A DNA stretch of 64,000 bases from Acetobacteraceae bacterium (GCA_031546815.1 JAVBJV010000006.1:40328-104327); one strand, 5' to 3'; shown: positions 1 to 8,538, numbered from the stretch's first letter. The notes: generated by a model from the letters alone, not told the origin. Translations and numbers: made by a program.

Positions 1-183
1 TGATCTTGTCGAGCGTCTGCAATTCCGCCCGTCCGCTGTTCTGCCAGGTCTCCAGCGCGGGTTCGCTGCTGGGCGCTGCATCGCGGTCCTGCGGAACGTC
101 CGGAAGGACTTCTTCCTGGGTCTGCGCCCAGGCACCGCCCGCCAGGGCCATCGTCAGCAGTCCAGCCAGTGCAATACGCCGCA
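1..183 (-). CDS. Secreted protein, N-terminal part only (runs off the window edge); DUF2155-like
   Basis: ATG at 183 on the minus strand. My translation is MRRIALAGLLTMALAGGAWAQTQEEV...RAELQTLDKI. It has a cleavable signal peptide (AWA/QT) and an 'L..LDKI' motif that I associate with DUF2155 proteins, which often neighbour NDUFA12/mlaD in alphaproteobacteria. It is absent from the ORF track because it has no stop in the window. Confidence 0.5.
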
Positions 184-199
184 TCGCTTTATTCCGTTC

Positions 200-415
200 T
201 CAGTCCGGCTGCTTCAGCTTCGGGCTGGTCCGCGCATCGATCAGGGTTTGTAAAATCTGCCGCATCGCGGCCTCGTCGACCCCCATCAGGATCGCGTCGT
301 CGAACGTGTCCTGAAGAACCTGTGCCAGTTCGGCATGGTTCTCGGCCAGCATTTTCAGCTTTTCCCGGCAGGAGACCGGCGTTCCGTCCGCCTGCATCCA
401 GACCGGGGTTGTCAC
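200..415 (-). CDS. Small hypothetical protein (65-71 aa), co-oriented and overlapping the mlaD stop
   Basis: ORF track 200..415. The first codon is GTG and overlaps the mlaD stop (GTGA); an ATG alternative lies at 397. The protein is acidic and helical-looking (…AELAQVLQDTFDDAILMGVDEAAMRQILQTLIDA…). I recognise no family. Confidence 0.45.
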   Translation of the reverse strand: MTTPVWMQADGTPVSCREKLKMLAENHAELAQVLQDTFDDAILMGVDEAAMRQILQTLIDARTSPKLKQPD

Positions 416-879
416 TGCCGCGCGCCACCCTCGGTGGACGGCATCATCACGCGTCCGATCAGGTCGTTCAGGTTCACGGGCGGATATGTATCGGTAATCA
501 GCGCGCCATCAGCCAGCAGCGGGGCCGAATCGTCCTGCCCGGGGTCGAGCGCGACGTAATTCCCGCCCATCAGCCCTTCCGACAGGATGCGTGCCACTGT
601 CCCCTTGCGCAGACGAAGCCAGTCCTGCACGTGGATTTCGACCATCGCCTGGTAGGTCTGCATATCAACGCGGATATTGGCCACCCGCCCGACATCGACC
701 CCGGCCACCTTCACGGTCGCCCCCAGAGGCAGACCGTCAACGCGGTCGAAACGCAGGTTCAGCGCCATGCCGCCACTGGTGGCACGGCCGGAATTCACCA
801 CGGCGTAGGTCAGGAAGCCGATGGCGATGCACAGAATCGCCGCCCCGACCAGGATTTCAAGGATTGAACGCTGGCGCAT
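412..879 (-). CDS. mlaD: Outer-membrane lipid asymmetry maintenance protein MlaD (MCE domain)
   Basis: 155 aa. N-terminal TM (ILVGAAILCIAIGFLTYAV) followed by an MCE-type domain (FDRVDGLPLGATVKVAGVDVGRVANIRVD...VALDPG). ATG at 879. Confidence 0.85.
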   Translation of the reverse strand: MRQRSILEILVGAAILCIAIGFLTYAVVNSGRATSGGMALNLRFDRVDGLPLGATVKVAGVDVGRVANIRVDMQTYQAMVEIHVQDWLRLRKGTVARILSEGLMGGNYVALDPGQDDSAPLLADGALITDTYPPVNLNDLIGRVMMPSTEGGARQ

Positions 880-882
880 GTA

Positions 883-1233
883 TCAGGACCCGGGGGTCCA
901 GGCCTCGTAATCGCCCGTCGCCCGCGCACGCTGGCCACCCGACACCGGATGCCCCGGCGGGAAGTAGCTGGTGCCCGTGCCGGTCAGGTTCACCTGATGC
1001 GGCTTCTGCCAGGCATGACGATTTTCGACCGGCAGCGGCGCATCCATCGTGTAATGCAGCCAGCCATGCCATTCCGCCGGAACCGCGGTCGGGTCAACCG
1101 CACCTTTGTACGAGACAAAGCGCCGCTTGCGACCACGACGGGCGCGACGTTCCTCGAAATACTGGTTCCCGGCCTGATCGGTGCCGATGCTGTTGGCGTA
1201 AAACGATGCAAAAAGACGTGTGAAGAGGCTCAT
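883..1233 (-). CDS. NADH:ubiquinone oxidoreductase subunit NDUFA12-family protein
   Basis: The internal ATG at 1233 gives MSLFTRLFASFYANSIGTDQAGNQYFEE...VPAEWHGWLHYTMD..., typical of bacterial NDUFA12/B17.2-like proteins. The longer track ORF (to 1365) adds a non-homologous leader. Confidence 0.85.
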   Translation of the reverse strand: MSLFTRLFASFYANSIGTDQAGNQYFEERRARRGRKRRFVSYKGAVDPTAVPAEWHGWLHYTMDAPLPVENRHAWQKPHQVNLTGTGTSYFPPGHPVSGGQRARATGDYEAWTPGS

Positions 1234-1327
1234 GTACCGGCAATCTGGCTGTGTTGGTGTCAGAACGCGCAGACCATGCCACGAGAGCATGGCCGCGTCT
1301 ATGGTTACGCCCACCATCGGGCGATAT

Positions 1328-1343
1328 CCACAGGATATTGTAT
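1328..1343. promoter_or_regulatory. NrdR-box-like palindromic site upstream of the RNR-like gene
   Basis: CCACAGGATATTGTAT matches about 12 of 16 positions of the NrdR box consensus as I remember it (acaCwAtATaTwGtgt). It contains the inverted repeat ATATCC-N3-GGATAT (1324-1338) and lies about 65 nt upstream of the 1407 ATG. It is a single box only. Confidence 0.25.
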
Positions 1344-1406
1344 CTATTCGGCAGAAATACCCCAACTTGTCTTTTCCCTCTGGCCGAGCCGTCGTAAACT
1401 GGGGGC

Positions 1407-2948
1407 ATGAAAAAGCTTACGGCGACCAAGAAGACAGCAAATATCAAGGCATGGCATGGCGTTCGCCTGCGTGTGGTCGATGCTGCGGCAGACCCCGATG
1501 CCCCCATTTGCCCGGTCGCCATCCCCGCCAGCTGGAGCGACACCTCGGCCGGCGCGCTGGTTGCCCTGCTGCCCGATTCTACCGCCATCAGCCTGCCCGT
1601 GGCCGCCGACGCCTGGATCAACCCGACCGCCGAACGCGCCCGCCGCGCGGGGCAGTCGGACACGCTGGCGCACGACCTGCACACATTGCTGATCAACCGC
1701 CGCGGCACGGCCGATGCGTCGGTCTGGACCGGCAAGACGGCCGGGATCACGCCGCGCTTCGTACTCAACCTGCCGGCGTTCTTCGATACCGAAACCGGGT
1801 TCGATCTGGCCGGGCTGCGCGCTGCCATCCGCTCCGCCACGCTCGCGCTGACCTTCGCAGTGCCGGAAGCCACCCGCATCGCCATCTGCCTGACCGATCT
1901 GGACGGGCTGCTGGCCACGTTCGGGATCGACTACGACAGCACCGAAGCCCGCGCAACGGCCGCCGCCCTGGCTGCCCTGCTACGCGGCGAGGCAGATACG
2001 CTGTCCGCCCATCTGGCCGAGCATTTCGGTGCCCGCAGCACCATGCTGCCCGACTGGCCCGCCCTGCCCGCCGGTTGCCCGATCCCCGAACTGGTCGAAG
2101 CCGCACAGGCCGCGCTGGCCAAAGCTGCCGCCTGCACGTCGCTGCGCCATAACTGCACCACGTCGATCAGCGCGGCCGATGCGACCGATGCATTGCTCGG
2201 CGTTGAGACCGGCGGCATCGCCCCGGCCTTCTCGCCCGTCACGCTGCTGCTGGAAGACCCGGACCTGACGCAGGCCGCGTCCTCGCGCCTGGTGGCCGAT
2301 GGATTGTCGGACCGTCAGGCACTCGCCCGCACGCTGGCCGGAGACACATTGTTCCCGCCCGCCACCATCCGCGCCTATCAGGCGATGCACGATGCCGTGG
2401 CTGGTTACATCCACGCGATGATCGCGCGTCCGGTCGCGGCCCCTGCCCCCGTCGCCCCACGCGACCGTTCGCTGTTCGAGGCCCTGCCCGCGCGCCATGC
2501 CGGTTACACGCAGAAAGCCGTCATCGGCAGCCAGCGCCTGTTCCTGCGCACTGGTCAGTACGAAGACGGGCGTTTGGGCGAGGTCAGCATCACACTACCC
2601 AAGGACAACGCCGCCGCACGCGGCCTGATGGAGGCGTTCTCGGCCGCGATCAGCATCGGCTTGCAGCATGGTGTTCCGCTGTCGGCCTATGTCGAGGCAT
2701 TGCTGCAGACACGCTTCGGCGCGGCAGGCACGGTCGAGGGTGATCCCGATGTTCCGGCGGCGACGTCTCCGGTGGATTACGTAATGCGCCATCTGGCCGC
2801 GCATTATCTGGGCCGTCACGATCTGCCAAAGGTCGAGCTGGAAAATCCGGAAGCTGCACAGATGCAGGCCCCGCTGCTGCCGCTGGATCTGCCCAGCACA
2901 ACCAGCCCGCGTCCGCGCAAGCGCGGGCACCTGAAGGTTGTTGCCTGA
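1407..2948 (+). CDS. TSCPD domain-containing protein (class II ribonucleotide reductase-derived, catalytic half not recognisable)
   Basis: 513 aa. The C-terminus (GYTQKAVIG...LFLRTGQYEDGRLGEVSITLPKD...GLMEAFSAAISIGLQHGVPL...ATSPVDYVMRHL) resembles the TSCPD C-terminal domain of B12-dependent RNRs. The middle (FVLNLPAFFD...FD...GIDYDS.EA...) resembles the RNR barrel C-terminal half. GGGGG precedes the ATG at 1407. Confidence 0.75.
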   Translation: MKKLTATKKTANIKAWHGVRLRVVDAAADPDAPICPVAIPASWSDTSAGALVALLPDSTAISLPVAADAWINPTAERARRAGQSDTLAHDLHTLLINRRGTADASVWTGKTAGITPRFVLNLPAFFDTETGFDLAGLRAAIRSATLALTFAVPEATRIAICLTDLDGLLATFGIDYDSTEARATAAALAALLRGEADTLSAHLAEHFGARSTMLPDWPALPAGCPIPELVEAAQAALAKAAACTSLRHNCTTSISAADATDALLGVETGGIAPAFSPVTLLLEDPDLTQAASSRLVADGLSDRQALARTLAGDTLFPPATIRAYQAMHDAVAGYIHAMIARPVAAPAPVAPRDRSLFEALPARHAGYTQKAVIGSQRLFLRTGQYEDGRLGEVSITLPKDNAAARGLMEAFSAAISIGLQHGVPLSAYVEALLQTRFGAAGTVEGDPDVPAATSPVDYVMRHLAAHYLGRHDLPKVELENPEAAQMQAPLLPLDLPSTTSPRPRKRGHLKVVA

Positions 2949-3051
2949 TCCGCTGAAAATCAACCAACCGGACATATCGTCGATTTAAAGTCTGGCAGGT
3001 TTTCGGGACCGGACTTTCAAACTACACTCGGGCGGCAACACCCCGAGGATC

Positions 3052-3522
3052 ATGAACATGACCGAAACCGTCGAAACCCGTCTTGCTGCATTGGGAATCA
3101 CGCTGCCACAGGCGGCTGTTCCCGTTGCCAATTACGTGCCGACCGTCATTGCGGGCAACATCCTGATTGTCTCGGGCCAGTTGCCCTTGCACGAAGGCAA
3201 GCTCGCCGTGGCCGGAAAGCTGGGCGGCGGCGTTTCGCCCGAGGACGGCATCAAGGCGGCCCGTTATTGCATGATCAACGTCCTCGCGCAGGTGAAGGCC
3301 GCGCTTGGCGATCTGGCGCGTGTGCAGCGTGTGGTGCGTCTGGGCGGGTTCATCGCCTGCACGGCCGACTTCACTCAGCACGCCCCGGTGATGAACGGCG
3401 CATCGGATCTGGCCGTGGAAGCATTCGGCGATATCGGCAAACATGCACGCAGCACAGTGGGCGTTCCCTCGCTGCCGCTCGACGCAGCGGTTGAAGTCGA
3501 AGGCATGTTCCTGATCGGCTGA
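3052..3522 (+). CDS. RidA/YjgF family reactive-intermediate deaminase
   Basis: 156 aa. Typical RidA pattern: VSGQLPL...G..V.G.LG...EDGIKAAR.C..NVLAQ...LGDL.RV.RVV.L..F...ARST VGV.SLPL.AAVEVE. Confidence 0.9.
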   Translation: MNMTETVETRLAALGITLPQAAVPVANYVPTVIAGNILIVSGQLPLHEGKLAVAGKLGGGVSPEDGIKAARYCMINVLAQVKAALGDLARVQRVVRLGGFIACTADFTQHAPVMNGASDLAVEAFGDIGKHARSTVGVPSLPLDAAVEVEGMFLIG

Positions 3523-3570
3523 CGGTGACGCACGATGCGTTGAACGCGCATCGTGCCCTCGCCTTCTTCC

Positions 3571-4719
3571 ATGACAACGTCCAGCCTCAGCCTCTCGCTC
3601 CACCCCAGCATTCACGAGATCGGGCACGCCGACTGGAATGCCTGTGCGGGTACGGATAATCCTTTCACCTCGTTTGCGTTTCTGTCGGCACTGGAGGACA
3701 GCGGTTGCGTGGGTGGACGCAGCGGGTGGCTGGCTCAGCATGTGCGGTTGCGCGACGATGCAGGCACCACCGTCGCCGTTATTCCGTGTTACGCGAAGGC
3801 GCATTCGCTCGGCGAGTATGTGTTCGATCACGCCTGGGCGCAGGCGCTGGAACGCATCGGCAAACAGTATTACCCAAAGCTGCAGGTCAGCGTCCCCTTC
3901 ACCCCGGTGCCCGGCCCGCGTCTGCTGACACGGGCGGGATTCCCGTTTGCCGCTCCGGCACAGGCGCTGATCCAGATCTGCCAGATGCTCGAGATGTCGT
4001 CGGTGCATGTCACGTTCTGCACCGAAGCCGAGGCACACGCATTGGCCGCGCAAGGCTTCCTGTTGCGCATCGGGCAGCAGTTCCACTGGCACAATGCGGG
4101 GTATGCGGGGTTCGATGATTTCCTCGACGCGCTGCGTGCACCGAAACGCAAGGCCATCCGGCGCGAGCGGCGCGATGCGATGTCATCCGGCCTGACGTTC
4201 TCGACCTTGCGCGGGGCCGACATTTCCACCCACCACTGGGATGCGTTCTATCGGTTCTATCGCAGCACATCGGACCGCAAATGGGGCAGTCCGTATCTGA
4301 AACGCGCCTTCTTCACGCTGCTGGCCGAGCGGCTGGAAAACGCCGTGGTGATGATGGTGGCCGAACGCCATGGGGAACCCATCGCCGCCGCGCTGAATCT
4401 ATTGGGCCACGACGCGCTGTATGGCCGCAACTGGGGCAGCGACGAGAATATCCCGTTCCTGCATTTTGAACTCTGCTACTACCGCGCCATCGACTTCGCC
4501 ATTGAACACAAACTGGCACGCGTGGAAGCCGGGGCGCAGGGCGAGCACAAGATCCAGCGCGGCTATCTGCCCACCACTACCTGGTCGGCACACTGGATCG
4601 CGCATGCGGGGCTGGCTGGCGCCGTGGCGGGTTTTCTGGAAGAAGAACGCTCAGCCATGCACAGCTTCATGCACGAACTGGGACAGGCCTCTCCATTCCG
4701 GCGGGACAGCGCGGAATGA
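3571..4719 (+). CDS. FemAB-like/GNAT-fold protein, DUF482 (COG3146) family
   Basis: Motifs HSLGEYVFDHAWAQA...YYPKLQVSVPFTPVPGPRLL and ...YGRNWG...FLHFELCYY.AID. Typical length. ATG at 3571; the track start at 3553 is GTG. Confidence 0.8.
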   Translation: MTTSSLSLSLHPSIHEIGHADWNACAGTDNPFTSFAFLSALEDSGCVGGRSGWLAQHVRLRDDAGTTVAVIPCYAKAHSLGEYVFDHAWAQALERIGKQYYPKLQVSVPFTPVPGPRLLTRAGFPFAAPAQALIQICQMLEMSSVHVTFCTEAEAHALAAQGFLLRIGQQFHWHNAGYAGFDDFLDALRAPKRKAIRRERRDAMSSGLTFSTLRGADISTHHWDAFYRFYRSTSDRKWGSPYLKRAFFTLLAERLENAVVMMVAERHGEPIAAALNLLGHDALYGRNWGSDENIPFLHFELCYYRAIDFAIEHKLARVEAGAQGEHKIQRGYLPTTTWSAHWIAHAGLAGAVAGFLEEERSAMHSFMHELGQASPFRRDSAE

Positions 4720-5591
4720 TCATTGCCTATGCGCAGCTTGCAACCGCCATGGCGCTGGTCGGTGCGAATGTCGTGGTGGCCAAGCTGCTGGCCGAAGCGC
4801 TGCCCATTCCGGTGATCGCGTTCTTGCGCTGCGTGCTGGCCTGCATCGTGCTGCTGCCGCTGATGCGCTGGATGGAACCGGGCGCGCACACCACGCGGCA
4901 TGTCCGCAGCAACCTGTTCTGGCAGGCCGCCTTCGGCACCGCGCTGTATAATGCGGGGCTGCTGGCCGGGTTGCGCCTGACCAGCGCGCTGGAGGGTGGG
5001 CTGGTGCTGGCAACGCTGCCCGCCGTCGTCGCCATCGGGGCGGCACTGTGGCTGCGCGAAAAACTCTCGCCACACGCCTGGGCGGCTGTGGCGCTGGCGG
5101 CGTTTGGCATGGCGGCCATCAACATCGCCCGCAGCGGAACCGCCGATGCCGGGTCCGTGCTGGGAAACGCGCTGATCTTCGCCGCCGTTATCGGCGAGGC
5201 AGTTTACGTGCTGCTCGCCAAACGCATTGCCGGACAGGTGCGCGTGATTACCGCCGCGTTCTGGATGCAGCTGTTCAGCGCGGCCATCCTGCTGCCCTTC
5301 GCCTTCTGGAGCGCGCCCGATTTCGCGCTGCCGGTGTTCGATATGCGGCTGGCCGGGCTGCTGGTGTTCCACAGTCTGACCGCCAGCGTGCTGTGCCTGC
5401 TGCTGTGGTTTCGTGGCCTGCAACATGCAACGGCCAATGTCGCGGGCGTGTTCTGCCTGTTCCTGCCCGCCAGCGCGGCGCTGTGTGCGCTGCTTGTCCT
5501 GAACGAACGCCCGACCGCGCTGCACGGCGTGGGCTTTCTGCTGATGCTGGGGTCAATCCTGCTGGTGACATGGCCACGACGCGGGCGCTAG
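4716..5591 (+). CDS. DMT-superfamily (EamA-like) transporter
   Basis: 291 aa with about 10 predicted TM segments and a duplicated EamA-like architecture. ATGA overlap with the upstream stop. Confidence 0.85.
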   Translation: MIIAYAQLATAMALVGANVVVAKLLAEALPIPVIAFLRCVLACIVLLPLMRWMEPGAHTTRHVRSNLFWQAAFGTALYNAGLLAGLRLTSALEGGLVLATLPAVVAIGAALWLREKLSPHAWAAVALAAFGMAAINIARSGTADAGSVLGNALIFAAVIGEAVYVLLAKRIAGQVRVITAAFWMQLFSAAILLPFAFWSAPDFALPVFDMRLAGLLVFHSLTASVLCLLLWFRGLQHATANVAGVFCLFLPASAALCALLVLNERPTALHGVGFLLMLGSILLVTWPRRGR

Positions 5592-5602
5592 ATACCCGCC
5601 TC

Positions 5603-6475
5603 ATGATGAAACGCACCATCGCCAGCTTCGCGCTGCTTTTTCTGCTCTCTGGCTTTGCTCAGGCGGCCGAGTTCAAGATCGCCACCTGGAACATCTCGTG
5701 GCTGACGAACAAGCCCGCCGGGCACCGGGATCTGCCGCGTGGCGTGTCGGGCAAAAGCCCCGAGGATCTTGAATTGCTGCGTGCCTATGCCCAGCAGCTC
5801 AACGCGGATGTGGTTGCGTTTCAGGAAGTCGACGGCCCGCTGATGGCAGCACGCGTTTTCCCGCAGGAGCGCTATGCCGTGGTGCTGACCGACGAGAGCG
5901 ACATCCAGCGCCCCGGTTTTGCCATCCGTCGCGGCATAAACTTCCGTCGCAACCCGGACCTGATCGCGCTCGACCTGAACCCGACGGCGCGTCACAGCCT
6001 GCGCCGCGGCGCGGACATCACGCTGGAACTGCCGGGCGGGCGCGAATTGCGGCTGCTGTCGATCCATCTGAAATCCGGCTGCCGTCGCGACAGTTTCGAG
6101 AACGCGCGCAGCAATGCCTGCGTCACGCTGAGCCGACAGGTCCCCGCATTGCAGGAATGGGTCCGCGCGCGCGAACACGAAGGCGTGGCCTACGCGATCC
6201 TGGGCGACTTCAACCGCCAGATCACCCCACGCGACGATCTGTGGCGCGCGTTGACCGATGCATCTGGTTCGCTGGTACGCGCGACCGAAGGGCGGTCCAA
6301 TCCGTGCTGGGGCGGCAGCGGTTTCATCGACCACCTGATCTTCGGCGGTCCTGCTGCGACATGGCTGCAACGCGACAACCTGCGCGTGATGACTTACAGA
6401 GAACAGGCGCCCGAATATCGCGAGCGCCTGTCCGATCATTGTCCCGTCAGCGCGAGGATATCAGTCCCCGACTGA
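5603..6475 (+). CDS. Secreted endonuclease/exonuclease/phosphatase (EEP) family protein
   Basis: Signal peptide MMKRTIASFALLFLLSGFAQA. Motifs IATWNISWL, VVAFQEV, GDFN and the C-terminal SDHCPV are characteristic of the EEP/DNase I fold. The upstream part of track ORF 5048..6475 overlaps the DMT gene and is rejected. Confidence 0.8.
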   Translation: MMKRTIASFALLFLLSGFAQAAEFKIATWNISWLTNKPAGHRDLPRGVSGKSPEDLELLRAYAQQLNADVVAFQEVDGPLMAARVFPQERYAVVLTDESDIQRPGFAIRRGINFRRNPDLIALDLNPTARHSLRRGADITLELPGGRELRLLSIHLKSGCRRDSFENARSNACVTLSRQVPALQEWVRAREHEGVAYAILGDFNRQITPRDDLWRALTDASGSLVRATEGRSNPCWGGSGFIDHLIFGGPAATWLQRDNLRVMTYREQAPEYRERLSDHCPVSARISVPD

Positions 6476-6483
6476 ACGGCAGC

Positions 6484-8220
6484 TTACGCGACGAAGAGCA
6501 GGTCGGAACCGACCGTCAGCCCGGTGACATCGGCCAGCAGGATGGCAGCATTACCTACGCCGTCGAACGTGATCAGCGTGTCGTTGGCGCCACCACCTGC
6601 CAGATTGACTTCGTGAATCTGATAGGTGTGCCCGTGCAGGTTGACGACCTGCCTGTCGTTCCCGGCTGTAAAGTTGAACACAACGTCAACGCCGTCGCCG
6701 ACATCGCTGTCGTGTTTTACATCGTACAGCAGGTTGTCCTGACTGCCGCCCAGTGTCACCTGATCGCCACTGGACGCAAAGTCGACCGTCGTCAGGGACA
6801 GGCCATTCAGCATGAAATCGTTCACATCCGACAGATTGGCATCTGTGACATGCGGCGCACTGAGCTTCAGCGTGTCGAACAGCAGTCCACCCGTATCGAA
6901 GCTCAACGTGACGCGCCCTGCACTGCCATCCGCGTATGTTTGCGTACCGGTCGCGTTGAGGACTTCACTGTAAACCAGCAGCCCCCCCAGATACGCCTGG
7001 ACCATCACACTTTCGCCCTGACCGTCAGGCTGGCCGTTTTCCTGGCTGTAGATGGTCGATAGATCCAGCGATCCACCCGTTGCCAGCGTGTCGAATGTCA
7101 GCGTCAGCGAATCACCAGCAGCGCCTGCATTGGCCCCCGCATTGAGCTCCGGATTCGTCGGGAATGGGCCACTGCTGTATCCGCCCGAGGAATCCCAAAC
7201 CCCGATGCCCACGATGTCCGCATTATCGGAACCCGGGTGGAAATTATAGAAATCTGCCGACGACGAAATCAGCGGAAACGGTCCGGGACCTGCCGTGTAT
7301 TCGACGTCAGCCCCGCCAAGAACAGACACGACAATCTTGGTCACGCCATCGGCGAACAGGTCGGCGACCTGCACTTCGGCGCTCGGGTGGCCGGCGATAT
7401 CGTCGGTGGTAGATCCCTTGGTTGCGTCGCTATAGCCGTAATCCTTGGTGGCACCGGCTGCGAACCCATGATCACCACCCATGGCAACTGCCGTTCTGCT
7501 CAGATGCCCGTCGTTGACGGCGGTGTCGCGGAACGCCTTGACGCCATTGGCGTCATTATCGGCCACGCGATCGCCATTACCAATGAACAGCGTGTCGTTG
7601 TTTTCCGACCCCAGAACGCCAAAGCTGTTCTGCCAGTCAGAATTGTTCGCGGACAATGTCAGATGAATGTCCACGCCATAGGCGCTTCCACGTGCATCAA
7701 CTTCACCGCGCTTGGCATTTTCAAGATTGAGGGTAATGCGCTGGTCGTCATCCAGGCATTTATATACATCACCAAGTTTGATGCGCGCATCGACCAGGTT
7801 ATCAATATTGAGCGTCTTGACGCTGTCCCCCAGGTCACGACTGTCGATATAGATTTCCAGATTCTTGATCGCATTCCACTGATCGTCCGCAAGCTTGATG
7901 GTGAGCGTGTCCGACGCCACGCCCCCCGTCACTGTTGCGTTGTAACGTGCTTCGTTCGCCGCAGTGCCTGCGGCAAACGCCTTGCCATCGGCAATCCCCG
8001 CCGCAAAGTTTGCCAGCGAAGAACTGAGCATCACGCCGCCTGATCCTGCTGCCGTCGTCAGATCGGATCCGGTCGCATCGTAATTGGCAACATCCACATC
8101 AACATCGGTACCGAAACTTCGACCCTGCGCCGCAAGCGCATTGGCAGTCCCCTGCGCACCAAACCACTTGCCGCGTTGTCCATCGGAAATCGAGTCCGCC
8201 GAGAGCAGGACGTAAGACAT
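6484..8220 (-). CDS. Acidic Gly/Asp/Thr-rich protein with RTX-like motifs and a T1SS-type C-terminus (putative type I secretion substrate)
   Basis: 578 aa with no signal peptide, no TM segment and a single Cys. Degenerate GGxGxD-like motifs are present (GSENNDTLFIGNGDRV; GGGANDTLITFDG). The extreme C-terminus is ...GLTVGSDLLFVA. The ATG is preceded by AAGGGA. Confidence 0.65.
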   Translation of the reverse strand: MSYVLLSADSISDGQRGKWFGAQGTANALAAQGRSFGTDVDVDVANYDATGSDLTTAAGSGGVMLSSSLANFAAGIADGKAFAAGTAANEARYNATVTGGVASDTLTIKLADDQWNAIKNLEIYIDSRDLGDSVKTLNIDNLVDARIKLGDVYKCLDDDQRITLNLENAKRGEVDARGSAYGVDIHLTLSANNSDWQNSFGVLGSENNDTLFIGNGDRVADNDANGVKAFRDTAVNDGHLSRTAVAMGGDHGFAAGATKDYGYSDATKGSTTDDIAGHPSAEVQVADLFADGVTKIVVSVLGGADVEYTAGPGPFPLISSSADFYNFHPGSDNADIVGIGVWDSSGGYSSGPFPTNPELNAGANAGAAGDSLTLTFDTLATGGSLDLSTIYSQENGQPDGQGESVMVQAYLGGLLVYSEVLNATGTQTYADGSAGRVTLSFDTGGLLFDTLKLSAPHVTDANLSDVNDFMLNGLSLTTVDFASSGDQVTLGGSQDNLLYDVKHDSDVGDGVDVVFNFTAGNDRQVVNLHGHTYQIHEVNLAGGGANDTLITFDGVGNAAILLADVTGLTVGSDLLFVA

Positions 8221-8538
8221 GATGAGGATTCCCTTTTTGGTTTATGCAGGAAAGGAGAGATGCGGCCTCCTGCCATCCGCGGCCGTTAGTTTGCAAAAAC
8301 AATACGAATTTTCCACATAATTGTTTTCTTGATTATTTCAAAATATGCATAAACATCAATATTTACCTCTTTTATATTGTGCTTTGTTTGTTTTTATAAA
8401 TACAGTTTATCTCAACCATTAATTTATTTCTGACTGGATATTGCATGCGATTCCATGCCCTCGCTGGACAGTCCCGACACGCACTGCAATGCTATCGCCC
8501 TGAGAATTCGCCACACGCATGACAGGAAAATCAGGCAT

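Noticed and set aside
1234-1406. A cobalamin riboswitch upstream of the RNR-derived TSCPD gene.
   Set aside because: I could find no B12-box-like element and no suitable multi-stem structure in the 170-nt leader. Only the short NrdR-like palindrome stands out.
5048-5602. An N-terminal extension of the EEP-family ORF (track 5048..6475). Similar 5' extensions occur for secB (30930), lptA (61261), ugpE (14115), clpS (21672), GST (50645), aroE (34044) and dnaQ (32639).
   Set aside because: The extensions overlap well-supported upstream genes or terminators and lack family similarity. Internal starts give canonical N-termini, signal peptides, or ATGA/GTGA coupling.
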